Origin: an uncultured cyanobacterium
Lineage (GTDB): Bacteria; Cyanobacteriota; Cyanobacteriia; Cyanobacteriales; Microcystaceae
Assembly: GCA_963807635.1 (NCBI GenBank)
Contig: CAWEDJ010000041.1
Location: forward strand, 39,130 to 103,129
Direction: 5' to 3'
DNA length: 64,000 bases
Part shown: positions 36,132 through 47,884 of the stretch, piece by piece
Position numbering within the stretch: the first letter of the stretch is position 1
How the letters are laid out: each line of letters starts with the position of its first letter
Notes under the pieces: generated by a model
Told to the model about the DNA's origin: nothing
Databases searched by the model: none
The model's input: only the letters and a program-made list of their open reading frames with translations
Position numbers and translations under genes: made by a program

Positions 36132-36338
36132 ATGAGACAAGTCATTACCTATAAAGATGAAGATGGCTACTGGATTGCTGAATGTCCAAGCCTAAAAGGA
36201 TGTATTAGTCAGGGAAAAACGAAGGAAATAGCACTTGCTAATATTAAAGAAGCCATTTCGGGCTATATTGCAGCATTAGAAGAAGACAGTTTACCTATCC
36301 CAGAAGAAACGTTTGAAACTTTTCTGGTTGTTGTATGA
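36132..36338 (+). CDS. hicB: HicB-family antitoxin
   Basis: ECPSLKGCISQGKTKEIAL motif. Confidence 0.88.
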   Translation: MRQVITYKDEDGYWIAECPSLKGCISQGKTKEIALANIKEAISGYIAALEEDSLPIPEETFETFLVVV

Positions 36339-36556
36339 GTAAACTTCCCAGTATTTCAGGTAAAAACTGTGTAAAAGCCCTACAAAAAGTTGGCTTTTAT
36401 CTCAAAAGACGAGAAAGTAGTCACGTTATTTTAAGGAGAGATAACCCCTTTACTCAGGTCGTTGTACCAGATCATCAAGAATTAGCAAAAGGAACCCTAA
36501 GAGCAATTCTTCGAGATGTTGATTTAAGTGTAGAAGAATTTATCGAATTACTATAG
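36335..36556 (+). CDS. hicA: HicA-family toxin
   Basis: SSH motif, VVVPDHQELAKGTLRAIL; ATGA overlap with hicB. Confidence 0.88.
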   Translation: MSKLPSISGKNCVKALQKVGFYLKRRESSHVILRRDNPFTQVVVPDHQELAKGTLRAILRDVDLSVEEFIELL

Positions 36557-36689
36557 GGCGATCGCTTTTTATGGGTAGAGAAATTAAGCGGCGATCGCGT
36601 TTTTATTGTAATTAATCAGAGAACGGACAAATGATTTATAATTTTTTAAGATTCAACCTCAAAACCTATTCTTGCATAGAATAAAAACT

Positions 36690-36760
36690 ATGAATCAGAG
36701 CATTACTCAAACTCTCTACGAACAAGATTTTTCGCTGTGGGTGAAGGATACGGTTCAAAA
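36690..36760 (+). pseudogene. DUF29-family N-terminal fragment
   Basis: LYEQDFSLWVKDT motif, then similarity is lost. Confidence 0.6.
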
Positions 36761-36804
36761 AAATAAACCTCTTACTGACTCAAAAAATTTGGGAATAAGC
36801 TGTC

Positions 36805-37107
36805 ATGAATGCTCTGTCAATTCCTACCTGGATAATTCATGTTTCAAGTGTGATCGAATGGATCGTCGCGATCGCGTTAGTCTGGAAATATGGCGAAATA
36901 AGACAGAATCACTATTGGCGGGCTTTATCCTGGGGAATGCTACCCTCCTTAGTCAGTGCTATGTGTGCTTGTACCTGGCATTTTTTTGATAATCCCAGCA
37001 GTTTGGATTGGCTAGTAACTGTTCAAGCCGCCACAACGGTTTTGGGAAACTGTACGCTCTGTTTGGCGGGCTGGTGGATCTGGAGATCTTGCCGTATGGT
37101 GTCCTAA
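36805..37107 (+). CDS. Ycf49-like protein (DUF2499)
   Basis: ALSIPTWIIHVSSVIEW, SAMCACTWHFFDN. Confidence 0.9.
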   Translation: MNALSIPTWIIHVSSVIEWIVAIALVWKYGEIRQNHYWRALSWGMLPSLVSAMCACTWHFFDNPSSLDWLVTVQAATTVLGNCTLCLAGWWIWRSCRMVS

Positions 37108-37214
37108 TTCTTTTTTTGACTGAGAAAATTAATGTGTGGTTCTCTGGAAACAGTTTTATGCAGAAATTCTTCCTAAACTGGGGCGTTGACATTCTGAAAA
37201 ACTAAGAGAACACC

Positions 37215-38711
37215 ATGAAAAGATTCTGTTCCTATTTTTTATGCTTACTCATTTTTATACAAACTCCTGCTTGGGCGGCGACCGACGCAACGACGGAACC
37301 CAGTATTTTTGATAGGGTATTGAAACCGATTATTGATGTACTCTCTATTTTAGAGTTTAAAGTGAACGAAATGCCCTTAATTGTGCTTTGGCTGATTATC
37401 GGCTCGATTTTCTTCACCATAAGAATGAATTTCATTAATTTTCGTGGCTTTAAACACGCGATCGATGTCGTTCGGGGCGTTTATGACGATCCCCATGAGC
37501 CTGGGGAAGTTTCTCACTTTGAGGCATTGGCCACTGCTCTGGCGGGAACTGTTGGACTGGGAAATATTGCAGGAGTTGCGATCGCCATTAGTATTGGTGG
37601 GCCAGGGCGGCCTTTTGGATGACGATCGCGGGATTATTTGCTATGACCATGAAATTTGTGGAATGTACCCTGGGTCAGAAATATCGCATTGTTCGGGCGG
37701 ATGGTTCCATTGCAGGCGAGCCCGATGTATTACCTCTCGAAAGGATTGGCGGAAAAAGGTCATGCCAAACTTGGAAAAATTTTAGCGATTTTATTTTGCG
37801 TTTTGGCCATGATTGGCGGCGGTGCGGGTTCTAGTATGTTCCAAACCAATCAATCCTATCTCGCGGTTTCCCAGGTTTTTCCTTGGTTTAGCGATAAAGC
37901 TTGGCTCTATGGCTTAGTCATGTGCTTTTTGGTCGGCATTGTCATTTTAGGGGGAATGAAACGCATTGGTACGGTGGCAGGAGCCGTTGTTCCGATTATG
38001 TGTGGCATCTATATGTTGGCCGCTATTTGGGTTTTAATGGTGAATTTTATTCAGATTCCCCAATTAATCGGTACGATTATTAGCAGTGCCTTTTATCCCC
38101 AAGCCGTAACAGGCGGACTAATCGGGGTGATTGCCCAGGGTTTCAGACGAGCCGCCTATTCCAATACGGCAGGGCAGGGAGTTGCCGCAATCGCCCATGC
38201 TGCGGCCAAAACCGATGAACCCGTGCGAGAAGGATTAGTTTCTGTCTTGGAACCCTTTATTGATACAGTCATTGTCTGTAATCTAACGGCAATGGTGATG
38301 GTGGTGACAGGAGCCTATAATAATCCAGAATTTCAAGGACTCAATGGAGCGCAACTCACTCAAGCCGCTTTTGGTTTAGTGATTCCCTGGTTTCCCTATT
38401 TGTTATCGGTTTGTATTTTTCTGTTTGCCTTTTCAACCGTGATGTCCTGGGGTTACTACAGCGAACTCTGTTGGGAATATTTATTTGGCGACAAAAATCC
38501 CTTAGTCCTCAAACTCAGCTTTTTAGTGATCGTTTTTTTAGGAGCCGTCCTCAATCCAACAGTTTTTATCCGTTTAAGCGATTTAATGCTAATTTCAGTG
38601 GCAATTCCCAATGTTTTAGGTTGTTATTTTCTCGGTAATGATGTTGCCCTAGACCTCAAAAGTTATATGCGTCGCCTCGGAAAAGGAGAATTTAAAATTC
38701 ACAAGGTCTAA
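37215..38711 (+). CDS. agcS: alanine/glycine:cation symporter (AgcS family); frameshifts near 37606 and 37719
   Basis: [28 protein letters not shown] motifs across three frames. Confidence 0.88.
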
Positions 38712-38718
38712 TCCAACA

Positions 38719-38802
38719 GTAGGGGCGCATCGCGTGCGCCCAAGGACGTATCGTGATCGCCTAAAGAACTATCAAAAATAGGCACGTATTGCGATCGCAC
38801 TA
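38719..38802. repeat. GTAG-type REP-like palindrome with two degenerate copies
   Basis: GTAGGGGCGCATCGCGTGCGCCC between convergent agcS and purM. Confidence 0.6.
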
Positions 38803-38808
38803 AAAAAA

Positions 38809-39831
38809 TCAAGGAAACACAAGACTACCATTTCCCTCAATCACCTGACCGATCGCGTAGGCAGAAAGATTTTGGGATTGGAAATAACGAATAGTCGTCT
38901 CTGCTTGATCGGGAGGAACCAACACAACAAAACCGACCCCCATATTAAAAGTCTCTAACATAGCAGTTTCATTCACCTGACCCACTTCCGCTAACCAACG
39001 AAAAATGGGGAGGACTTCCCAGCTATGGGGTTGAATTTGAATCGATTGATTTTGACCTAAACAACGAGGTAAATTTTCAGGTAAACCGCCCCCCGTAATA
39101 TGGGCCATCGCGTGGATAGTCAAATCTGACCCTAGAGCCTCTAAAACAGGCTTAACGTAAATCTGAGTAGGAGTCAGTAAAACATCTCCCAAACGTTGGC
39201 CGCCTAAACCCGATGGGCAATCTTCCCAGTTGAACCCTTGAGTTTCAATAATTTTACGGACTAAACTAAAGCCATTACTATGGACACCCTGACTGCCCAA
39301 GGCGATCGCCACATCTCCGATTTGCACCTGGGAACCGTTTAATAATTGACTTTTTTCGACAATTCCGACACAAAACCCTGCCACATCGTATTCGCCTTTG
39401 GGATAAAAACCAGGCATTTCGGCGGTTTCTCCTCCCAATAGGGCGCACCCACTCAAGCGACAGCCTTCCACGATTCCTGCGACAACTTCGGCTAATTGTT
39501 GGGGTTGTAATTTGCCAGTGGCTAAATAATCCAGAAAAAATAAGGGTTCTGCCCCACAGGTCAACACATCATTGACACACATGGCCACCAAATCGATCCC
39601 GATAGTATTGTGGCGATTCAATGCCTGGGCAATTTTTAGCTTCGTGCCGACTCCATCCGTGCCTGATACCAAAACGGGTTCTCTGTAGCCTGAAGGTAAT
39701 TGAAACAATCCTCCAAAACCGCCCAATCCCCCCAAAACGCCTGGACGATAGGTGCTTTCCACGCCGCGTCGGATTTGTTCAACAAAATCACGGCCCGCTT
39801 CGACATCAACTCCCGCTTCTCGATAATCCAT
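38809..39831 (-). CDS. purM: phosphoribosylformylglycinamidine cyclo-ligase
   Basis: [28 protein letters not shown]. Confidence 0.98.
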   Translation of the reverse strand: MDYREAGVDVEAGRDFVEQIRRGVESTYRPGVLGGLGGFGGLFQLPSGYREPVLVSGTDGVGTKLKIAQALNRHNTIGIDLVAMCVNDVLTCGAEPLFFLDYLATGKLQPQQLAEVVAGIVEGCRLSGCALLGGETAEMPGFYPKGEYDVAGFCVGIVEKSQLLNGSQVQIGDVAIALGSQGVHSNGFSLVRKIIETQGFNWEDCPSGLGGQRLGDVLLTPTQIYVKPVLEALGSDLTIHAMAHITGGGLPENLPRCLGQNQSIQIQPHSWEVLPIFRWLAEVGQVNETAMLETFNMGVGFVVLVPPDQAETTIRYFQSQNLSAYAIGQVIEGNGSLVFP

Positions 39832-40538
39832 TGGGTTAAATAACCTTAATAACTAAAATAATTGAGACTTTTTTTCATGCTAAGGGGTAACGGTTGCTGA
39901 CCTCAAGTTTTTCTAGTTGGATTTTATTACCTGCGATCATCGTCTATACAAACAATAAGTCTTCAAATCTCGACATGATATTATCTTGACTGAATAGTAG
40001 CATAAGAAAACCTGATCAGAAGTCCCTATTAATCAGGCGATCGCTAACGAACTTAAAGGTATTTTTTATTAAATCTTCTTATTGAATTGTCTTTAATTAA
40101 TCAAGATTTATTTGTTTTTAGGTATGATGTGACCTCAAAGAATACATCAATAATCCGTATATTTACTGATTTCATGTTCATCGGCCACTTTCCTAAGTGT
40201 CATGCTTGAGTCTTATCTACCTTGAGTCATAGAAATTTGATGTTTAAAATTATCATTCGTGTATAAATGTAAAGCGGCTACTGAAAAAATTAAAAATTCA
40301 AAATCCCTTATCATCTTATTTTTTTATTATTGAAGTCAAGTCAGATTTGAAAATCTGATTAATAATGTATGACGTGATAAGGACTCGCGTGATCCCCACC
40401 CAGATCACCATGCTAATCTGTGACGAGTTGATACAAAACGACTTAAATTACTCCTGCGAGACACACGGTGGAAGATTCAAATTTTTCTAATTTTTTAGAA
40501 ATTATCTTGACTCATCAAAACCCACCATAACCTAATTA

Positions 40539-41550
40539 TTGCTTATGCTTATGAAAAAAATAATTCTGAGTGGATTAAAAACAACAGTTCTTATGACGGC
40601 TCTTGGAACAACCTTGTTCTTGTCAAATGGCCTCAGCAAAGCTTTAGCGTCTAATGCCGATCAAGATTCTTCTCAAACTGCCGCTCCTCAAAACGCTACA
40701 ACAAATACAAATACGGATAATATTTCCCCCACTGCCTCTATTCAAAAATCCGTTACACCAACCTATTTAAGTCCTGCTTCTCAAGACAATATTGCGATCG
40801 CTGATATTCAGCCCCACACTTGGAAAGATGGAAGATTAGCCGTTACGCTGCGGGTGCGTAATATTCCCATCATGACTTTTCTCGGTTCCAATGCCGATCT
40901 GGCGGCTCTTAGTAATAAACAAGATTTGACCTCTGCCGACAATGCAATGGAGCGAGCTAGGGCGATCGCCGACAAAATCAATCAACTCGCTCAAGATCCT
41001 GACTTTAACGCCAAAAACATTACGATTGAAGTTGACCAAAAATCTCGGACTTACCTGATTCAAGTCAATGAAGAGACCCTGGTTAGTCTGGATAAAAATA
41101 CGGTTTTACCAGATACCACCCGTAACCAAAGTAAAGATGCCCTGCAAATAGTCAATCGCCTACGACGAGTGATGGGGAATGCCGAACCTTTGACCTCCAT
41201 TGCGAAGGGATCTAAGCCGTCTTTTAACCCAGTCATTAATGCCCCTTCAACGGGTCGCCAAGTTAGAGGCGGAATGGCTTCCTGGTACAGGGCCAGGTTT
41301 TCACGGTCGTCGAACAGCTAATGGAGAACGTTACAACCAAAACGATTACACAGCGGCCCACAAAAGCCTACCCTTCGGAACCAGGGTCAGAGTGACAAAT
41401 CTACGCAATGGTCAATCGGTGATGGTTCGCATTAATGACAGAGGGCCTTTTATCCGAGGACGGGTCATTGATCTTTCGGCGGGAGCCGCTAGGGTGATCG
41501 GTGTCCATAGTAGTGGAACTGCCCCTGTTCAATTAGAAATTCTTAACTAG
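40539..41550 (+). CDS. rlpA: RlpA-family lytic transglycosylase; frameshift near 41289
   Basis: [39 protein letters not shown]. Confidence 0.9.
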
Positions 41551-41735
41551 AAGAATTAGCTTCTCGATAAAATATTTAGGCAAGGGCGAAGATTATTTTT
41601 CCCTTGCTTTATTGCTTTAAGAATCCCCAAGCCGCCTAATCTCTGAAAGCGCGATCGCCTTGGTTCCATTGAAAAAATCGTAAGGATAACTCGTCAGAAA
41701 ACCGAAAGGGATAACACTCCTGATAAGATGAAAAA

Positions 41736-41951
41736 GTGTCTTGGATTACTATAAAAAATACCAATGCTCGTTGGGAAGCGGAGTTGATGCAACAAATTCT
41801 GGCCGCCTACGAGATTCCGAGTCGGGTTTTGGATATTGGTTTGGGCGGTTATTTCGGTCAAGGTAGCCAAACTGCTTTGCAAGTGCGATCGCAAGACCAA
41901 TGGACAGCCCTATTACTGCTCAGTGCGCCCGAAGACGATGAGCCATCATGA
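41736..41951 (+). CDS. small conserved protein (DUF2007-like)
   Basis: RWEAELMQQILAAYEIP pattern; upstream of accD. Confidence 0.7.
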   Translation: MSWITIKNTNARWEAELMQQILAAYEIPSRVLDIGLGGYFGQGSQTALQVRSQDQWTALLLLSAPEDDEPS

Positions 41952-42010
41952 TTAAAAACTGGCTTAATGTTAACTTAATGGCTGAAAATGCCGATAAAAT
42001 CTGATATCGT

Positions 42011-42961
42011 ATGTCTTTATTTGACTGGTTTGCTAACCGAGAAAAAGCCGAACCCCCGACTGTCCAACAACAGCAACAAGAGCGAGAAATTGCTGATGGC
42101 CTTTGGACAAAATGCCAGGTCTGTAGCGTTTTAACCTACACCAAGGATTTACAAGCCAATCAACTAGTCTGTGTGGAATGTGGTCATCATCTTAGGGTCG
42201 ATAGTGACGAACGGATTCGGCAATTGATTGACCCCAAAACCTGGAAACCCCTCGATGCCCATCTCCATCCCACCGATCCCCTCAAATTCCGCGATCGCAA
42301 ACCCTACAAAGATCGTATCAAGGACACTCAAAAAAGTACCCAATTAACCGATGCCGTTCAAACAGGCGCAGGATTGATTGATGGTTTACCCGTTGCCCTG
42401 GGCGTAATGGATTTTCGTTTCATGGGCGGCAGTATGGGATCGGTCGTGGGCGAAAAACTCTGTCGCATCATTGAATATGGAACCGCAGAAGGGATTCCTG
42501 TCGTGATTGTCTGTGCCTCTGGAGGAGCGCGGATGCAGGAAGGAATGCTCAGTTTGATGCAGATGGCTAAAATTTCTGGAGCCTTAGAAAGACATCGCCA
42601 ACAAAAATTACTTTATATTCCCGTGTTGACCCATCCCACAACGGGAGGTGTAACCGCGAGCTTTGCCATGCTAGGGGATATTATTATCGCTGAACCCAAG
42701 GCAACCATCGGTTTTGCAGGACGACGAGTCATTGAACAAACGTTACGGGAGAAACTGCCCGAAGGCTTCCAAACTTCGGAATATTTACTGAAACACGGCT
42801 TTGTCGATGTGATTGTTCCCCGTACCCAACTCAAGCGCACCCTCGCAAATCTGATTAGTATTCATCAACCCTTTTTTCCGATCTTGCCCAATCTCAATGC
42901 AGAGGCTAAACCTACGGAAAAGGAAATGATTTTCAATAATCAGCAAGAAATGACTTCTTAA
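42011..42961 (+). CDS. accD: acetyl-CoA carboxylase carboxyltransferase beta subunit
   Basis: CxxC zinc finger, [20 protein letters not shown]. Confidence 0.98.
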   Translation: MSLFDWFANREKAEPPTVQQQQQEREIADGLWTKCQVCSVLTYTKDLQANQLVCVECGHHLRVDSDERIRQLIDPKTWKPLDAHLHPTDPLKFRDRKPYKDRIKDTQKSTQLTDAVQTGAGLIDGLPVALGVMDFRFMGGSMGSVVGEKLCRIIEYGTAEGIPVVIVCASGGARMQEGMLSLMQMAKISGALERHRQQKLLYIPVLTHPTTGGVTASFAMLGDIIIAEPKATIGFAGRRVIEQTLREKLPEGFQTSEYLLKHGFVDVIVPRTQLKRTLANLISIHQPFFPILPNLNAEAKPTEKEMIFNNQQEMTS

Positions 42962-43033
42962 GATCAAAACGCTATTAATTGCAAATTGTTTGATGATTAA
43001 GTGAATTAACCGAATCCTTAACTAAAAATTGAC

Positions 43034-43630
43034 TTATAGCCAATGGCGGGGGTAATTATGTTTAGAAAACATATTATTAAAACCATAGGCGCACATTACT
43101 AAAATAGCGGAACCAATAAATACGGGAGTCCATAAAAACTTTAACGAAGCCGCACTCATGACACCGATCAAGGCAACGGCTCCCGCAGGGGGATGCACGG
43201 TTCTGGTTAATTGCATGAGTTTAATCGCTGTAGCAACGGCGAGGGCTTCTACCCAAGGTTGAGTTCCAAAAAAATGGACTAAAGTAATCGCCGCAATCGC
43301 GCCCAGACAATTCCCACCAATCACATTGCGGGGTTGAGCCAGGGGACTTTCGGGGACACCAAAAACTAACACAGCAGAGGCTCCAAAAGGGGCCGCCAAT
43401 AGGGGATAGTGCGTATAGTTAGTTAGATAGGCTAGAGCCGCAATGCCAATAAATCCGCCTAAATAGGAACATAAAATATGACTAAACGAAAACTGAGGTT
43501 GGTAGGAAATACTATCAGTCAATGACTTTTTTCGTTTTTTTAGCTTCTTGAAGATATTAAGCCAAGAAAACCTAATGCGGTTTAGTCTCCAATCCGTAGC
43601 TTTCCGAAAAAGATTAGGCTGTTTCGTCAT
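43034..43630 (-). CDS. HPP-family membrane protein (probable nitrite transporter)
   Basis: APFGASAVL, SPLAQPRN, HPPAGA; NtcA box upstream. Confidence 0.88.
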   Translation of the reverse strand: MTKQPNLFRKATDWRLNRIRFSWLNIFKKLKKRKKSLTDSISYQPQFSFSHILCSYLGGFIGIAALAYLTNYTHYPLLAAPFGASAVLVFGVPESPLAQPRNVIGGNCLGAIAAITLVHFFGTQPWVEALAVATAIKLMQLTRTVHPPAGAVALIGVMSAASLKFLWTPVFIGSAILVMCAYGFNNMFSKHNYPRHWL

Positions 43631-43687
43631 TGTTTCATGTAATTAAAGCATCGATTTTGTCATCATACTATGATATTTTGTCAAAAA

Positions 43688-43701
43688 GTATTTTTTGATA
43701 C
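43688..43701 (-). promoter_or_regulatory. NtcA box upstream of the HPP gene
   Basis: GTA-N8-TAC, with TATGAT about 20 nt downstream on the minus strand. Confidence 0.7.
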
Positions 43702-43959
43702 AGATTATCTTTTGCCTTTTATAAATAAAATTTATAATACTTAAGCCTATTGATGATCAAAACTTTTATCCCACCTCTATCTCCAAAGGGATTTCGCCAT
43801 CGATATTGCCATACAAAATGGAGAGAGTACTCGTCAAACCCTTAGCCGATATGAGCCGTTCAAATGTAACCCCATTTTGTCTCAATACTTTGAGCATCTT
43901 TCTCAAAAGAGGACTTGACAGAAAGAGTTGCTATAGGGGATGATAAATAACGGACTCAA

Positions 43960-44033
43960 GGGGTTATAGCTCAGTTGGTAGAGCACTGCAATGGCATTGC
44001 AGGGGTCAGCGGTTTCAAGTCCGCTTAGCTCCA
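43960..44033 (+). tRNA. tRNA-Ala(GGC)
   Basis: cloverleaf with G3:U70 pair and GGC anticodon; one extra T in the T-loop; TTGACA at 43915. Confidence 0.93.
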
Positions 44034-44057
44034 TAAATTTCTGGAATCAATTGGCTT

Positions 44058-44849
44058 TTAGGACTTAGCTTTTTTCTTAGATTTGTTAGCTTTAGCCTTA
44101 GTATTCGTCGAGGGAGCAAACCCCTTGGGCTTATGTCTTGCGTTCAATTGAATTCTCATGAATTCGCGGAGACTTTCACGATTAGGGGCAGGATCATTGA
44201 TGCCAAATGCAATCTGCACATCTTCCCAATCGACAACAAAAACATCAACTTTTCCTTCAAAGAAAGCTTTTTCGATCACAGGTAATGCGTCTGCGTTTTC
44301 TAGGTCGCATAACAACAGAATTAAAAAGCCGTTCAGGGCAGGATCATTGTGGCGATAGTTGTCTAATTGTCGGATTGCAATGTCAAAAATTCGTTCTCGC
44401 GTTTCAGGATATTCTTTTGCGATCGCCTCTAGGCAATCAGAGGATAAAAGTCCCTGGGTCAATAATTCAGTGGAACTGCCATGTAACTGTTTTTCAAGCT
44501 CTGTAATAGCTGGAGGGCCGATTTTCGCCATCACTTTAGGCATATCATTCCGAAAATAATCATCATCCTCAAGCTCAGTTATCAATCCCAATAACGGCGT
44601 AACGGCACTACTGGCTTCTGGGACAAACTCAGATAAAGCCCGCCAGGCATGGAAGGGAGCCCAGACTTCTGGAGATTCTTCATGATTCAGGTCATTAAAG
44701 GATAAATCTGTCGCTAGACGAATCAATTCGGGAATATGCTCAGATTTTAATCCAAATTCTTGGGAATAATTAGCCCAATCCGATGTCGTTTTGGGGTGAC
44801 CATAGTTTAATAACTGGGAAACGGGTGTTTGATAGTTTGATGAATCCAT
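44058..44849 (-). CDS. DUF1186/HEAT-repeat-like protein
   Basis: WAPFHAWRAL, helical repeats, AF..GKVD. Confidence 0.65.
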   Translation of the reverse strand: MDSSNYQTPVSQLLNYGHPKTTSDWANYSQEFGLKSEHIPELIRLATDLSFNDLNHEESPEVWAPFHAWRALSEFVPEASSAVTPLLGLITELEDDDYFRNDMPKVMAKIGPPAITELEKQLHGSSTELLTQGLLSSDCLEAIAKEYPETRERIFDIAIRQLDNYRHNDPALNGFLILLLCDLENADALPVIEKAFFEGKVDVFVVDWEDVQIAFGINDPAPNRESLREFMRIQLNARHKPKGFAPSTNTKAKANKSKKKAKS

Positions 44850-45101
44850 AGGTAAAGATGAAAAGTTAAAAATAGTAAAATTAATCCCGAAAACATTGAT
44901 CTAGGTTGGATTCAATACAGCACAATTCAAGGCTCTTTGTTCTGCTGTTTGACGATCATCAACGATCGCAGGGAGAAACCCTTTTCCACAATAGCAACAC
45001 CTTGAAGAATAAAAAGGACAAAACAATAATTCTTTATTTAGATAGAAAAGCAGGGAGATGAGTTGCTAAGATTGGGAAACGTAAATTCTTTTTCTTTCAT
45101 C

Positions 45102-46556
45102 ATGACCCTGACCCTCTACAACACCTTAACTCGCCAAAAAGAACCTTTTCAGCCTCTAGAAGCGGGAAAAGTCAAAATGTATTGTTGTGGAATCACGGTC
45201 TATGACTATTGCCACCTCGGTCACGCTCGCACTTGTATTACCTGGGATTTAGTCCGTCGATACTTGCGATGGCGGGGATACAAAGTTCAATATATTCAAA
45301 ATTTTACCGATATTGACGATAAAATCCTCAATCGTGCCAAACAAGAAGGAACCACGATGGAGGCAGTTTCGGAGCGATTTATTGCGGCCTATTTCGAGGA
45401 TATGGAAAATCTTCAAGTTAAACCCGCCAATGCCTATCCCCGCGCGACTCATAGCTTGGACGGAATTAAGCGATTAGTGGCAGAACTCGAAGCCAAGGAA
45501 TACGCCTACGCCTCGGAAGGAGATGTTTATTATTCCGTGCGGAATTTTGCCGATTATGGAAAACTTTCGGGTCGCAAATTAGACGATTTACAAGCGGGAG
45601 CCAGTGGTCGAGTCGAAACCGATGATCCTGATTCCCAAAAGAAAAAATATCCCTTTGACTTTGCCCTTTGGAAAGCGGCTAAACCTGATGAACCGTTTTG
45701 GGATTCACCCTGGGGAGCAGGTCGTCCTGGTTGGCATATTGAATGCTCGGCAATGGTGCGCGATCGCTTAGGGGAAACGATTGATCTCCATGTGGGGGGC
45801 AGTGACTTGATTTTTCCCCACCATGAAAATGAAATTGCCCAATCAGAAGCGGCAACGGGCAAACCTTTGGCAAATTATTGGCTCCATAATGGCATGGTCA
45901 AGGTCGGTGGAGAGAAAATGTCCAAATCCTTGGGGAATTTCACGACGATCCGCGATTTATTAGAAAAAGTGGATTCCATGGCCGTGCGTTTATTTGTACT
46001 TCAGGGTCATTATCGCAAACCCCTCGATTTTACCGATGAGGCATTGGAAGCCGCGACCAATGGTTGGCACACATTGAAAGAAGGTTTGTTATTTGGTTGG
46101 AACTATGGGGAAAAGTTCGGCTGGAATTTAGACTTTGCGCCTCTGACACCTGATGCCAATGATTTAACGAAACAATTTCGAGATTCAGTCGATGATGATT
46201 TTAATTTTGCTGAAGGTTTAGCGATTTTATTTGAATTAGCGAAGGATTTACGCAGGGCGGGCAATCTGTTGGTTCATCAAGGCAGTACGGATGTTTCGCC
46301 TGATATTCTCTGGCAACAGTGGCAAACTCTCGTTAGCTTGGCTGGGGTGTTGGGATTGGAAGCTAAACCAGAAGTTTTACCAGAAGTTTCTCAAAATGGC
46401 TTAACCGATGCTGAAATTGAGGATCTAATTCAACAACGTATTTCAGCTAGAAAACAGAAGAATTTTGCAGAGGGCGATCGCCTACGAGATGAACTAAAAA
46501 CCAAGGGAATTACGCTGATCGATCAAGCAGACGGCGGAACTAAATGGCATCGTTAA
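45102..46556 (+). CDS. cysS: cysteine--tRNA ligase
   Basis: HLGH, GRPGWHIECSAM, KMSKS. Confidence 0.98.
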   Translation: MTLTLYNTLTRQKEPFQPLEAGKVKMYCCGITVYDYCHLGHARTCITWDLVRRYLRWRGYKVQYIQNFTDIDDKILNRAKQEGTTMEAVSERFIAAYFEDMENLQVKPANAYPRATHSLDGIKRLVAELEAKEYAYASEGDVYYSVRNFADYGKLSGRKLDDLQAGASGRVETDDPDSQKKKYPFDFALWKAAKPDEPFWDSPWGAGRPGWHIECSAMVRDRLGETIDLHVGGSDLIFPHHENEIAQSEAATGKPLANYWLHNGMVKVGGEKMSKSLGNFTTIRDLLEKVDSMAVRLFVLQGHYRKPLDFTDEALEAATNGWHTLKEGLLFGWNYGEKFGWNLDFAPLTPDANDLTKQFRDSVDDDFNFAEGLAILFELAKDLRRAGNLLVHQGSTDVSPDILWQQWQTLVSLAGVLGLEAKPEVLPEVSQNGLTDAEIEDLIQQRISARKQKNFAEGDRLRDELKTKGITLIDQADGGTKWHR

Positions 46557-46642
46557 ATCGAAAAAACGCGATCGCAGATAAGTTTTACGTTCAAAAGGTT
46601 ATAAGTTAAAATACAAGCAATTAAAGCTCTGGTTGATTTGTT

Positions 46643-47848
46643 ATGTCTGAGCGACTGCAACGTTTTCGTAAGTTAATGGCCGCTTTTGAAGGCACTTCTA
46701 ATCCCCAACACGCTATAGAAAGGGGATATTATGTTGACTTGCCTAATAATCCTGTCGGAGAAATTACTCGTCGAGTGGAACTTCGTCCGTCCTCGGTACA
46801 TTTACTTTTGGGGGGAATTGGCTCAGGAAAAACGACTCAATTACTTTTAGCTCAGGAACATCTTAATCAGTTAGAAGGGTTTAAGGCTATTTATGTGGAT
46901 GTGAGCCTCTATACTGATATTTCTCAGCTTGAACCTGGTGCGTTAGTTGCGATCACTGGTCTTGAAATCGGAAAGTTGTTAACCGATGTTGACGACGAAG
47001 ATTCTCAGATGAAATACAGTAAACAAAGAATGAAAGAGTTAGCTTATGGAGAATATTTAGAATACGGCGACTATGATCCAGAAGATGGGAGTTATGGCGA
47101 TGGCTTTTACTTTAAATCAGGACTTTTGAAAACAGACACATCTAAGTCTCAATTTAAACAATTAAGTCAAGAGTTAATAACAACTTTTGAAAAATTATTG
47201 GGTGCATTCATTAACCAGCTAGAAGGAGATATCGTTTTTATCTTTGATGGATTAGATAGACTTAGCTACTCAAATATATTTATTGATTCTGCTTTAAATG
47301 ATGTAATGACACTATCAAAATCTGGTATTGGTGTAGTCATTGTTGGCTCTATTCCAATAACCTATACAAAAGGAATTGAGAATTTTCCCAATTATCTATA
47401 CTATTTTCCCTATCTGGATATTGCTGAAGATGCAGAAGCCAAAAAATTTTTTATGAATATTTTAAACATTCGTGATATCGATAATTTTCTTGTCTTAGAT
47501 ACAAAGGAATTTCTAATAATTCAATCGGGTGGAGTTCTACGCGATTTGATGTCCCTTACTCAAGCCGCTATTGAAGAAGCTTATGTGGATGGTTCTGATA
47601 ATATTACATTAGAACACGCAAAACAAGCTGTTGCTTCCCTTGCTCGTTCAAAATTCATGGGATTAACAGATAAGAATGTAAAAACTCTTGGACAAATAGT
47701 TTCACAAAAAAGCTTTACCCCTAGAACACCGGAAGACTTGGAATTATTATTAACAGGTCATATTTTAGAATATCGTTATCCTCGCAAACACTTTGCGGTG
47801 CATCCTGTTCTAGTTCCCTTAATTGAAATGATTGAAGAAGAGTTTTAA
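46643..47848 (+). CDS. P-loop ATPase (KAP/STAND-like)
   Basis: Walker A GGIGSGKT, Walker B FIFDGLD, SGGVLRD, C-terminal LEY..VHP. Confidence 0.8.
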   Translation: MSERLQRFRKLMAAFEGTSNPQHAIERGYYVDLPNNPVGEITRRVELRPSSVHLLLGGIGSGKTTQLLLAQEHLNQLEGFKAIYVDVSLYTDISQLEPGALVAITGLEIGKLLTDVDDEDSQMKYSKQRMKELAYGEYLEYGDYDPEDGSYGDGFYFKSGLLKTDTSKSQFKQLSQELITTFEKLLGAFINQLEGDIVFIFDGLDRLSYSNIFIDSALNDVMTLSKSGIGVVIVGSIPITYTKGIENFPNYLYYFPYLDIAEDAEAKKFFMNILNIRDIDNFLVLDTKEFLIIQSGGVLRDLMSLTQAAIEEAYVDGSDNITLEHAKQAVASLARSKFMGLTDKNVKTLGQIVSQKSFTPRTPEDLELLLTGHILEYRYPRKHFAVHPVLVPLIEMIEEEF

Positions 47849-47884
47849 TTCTCTTAATTCAAATGATAAAAAAACAAAATCTGA

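Noticed and set aside
43766..43897. 43-aa ORF on the minus strand, divergent from tRNA-Ala
   Set aside because: No recognisable motif; lies in the tRNA promoter region and may be spurious
43960..44060. tRNA-Ala as an integration site
   Set aside because: No duplicated tRNA 3' end or integrase seen in the window
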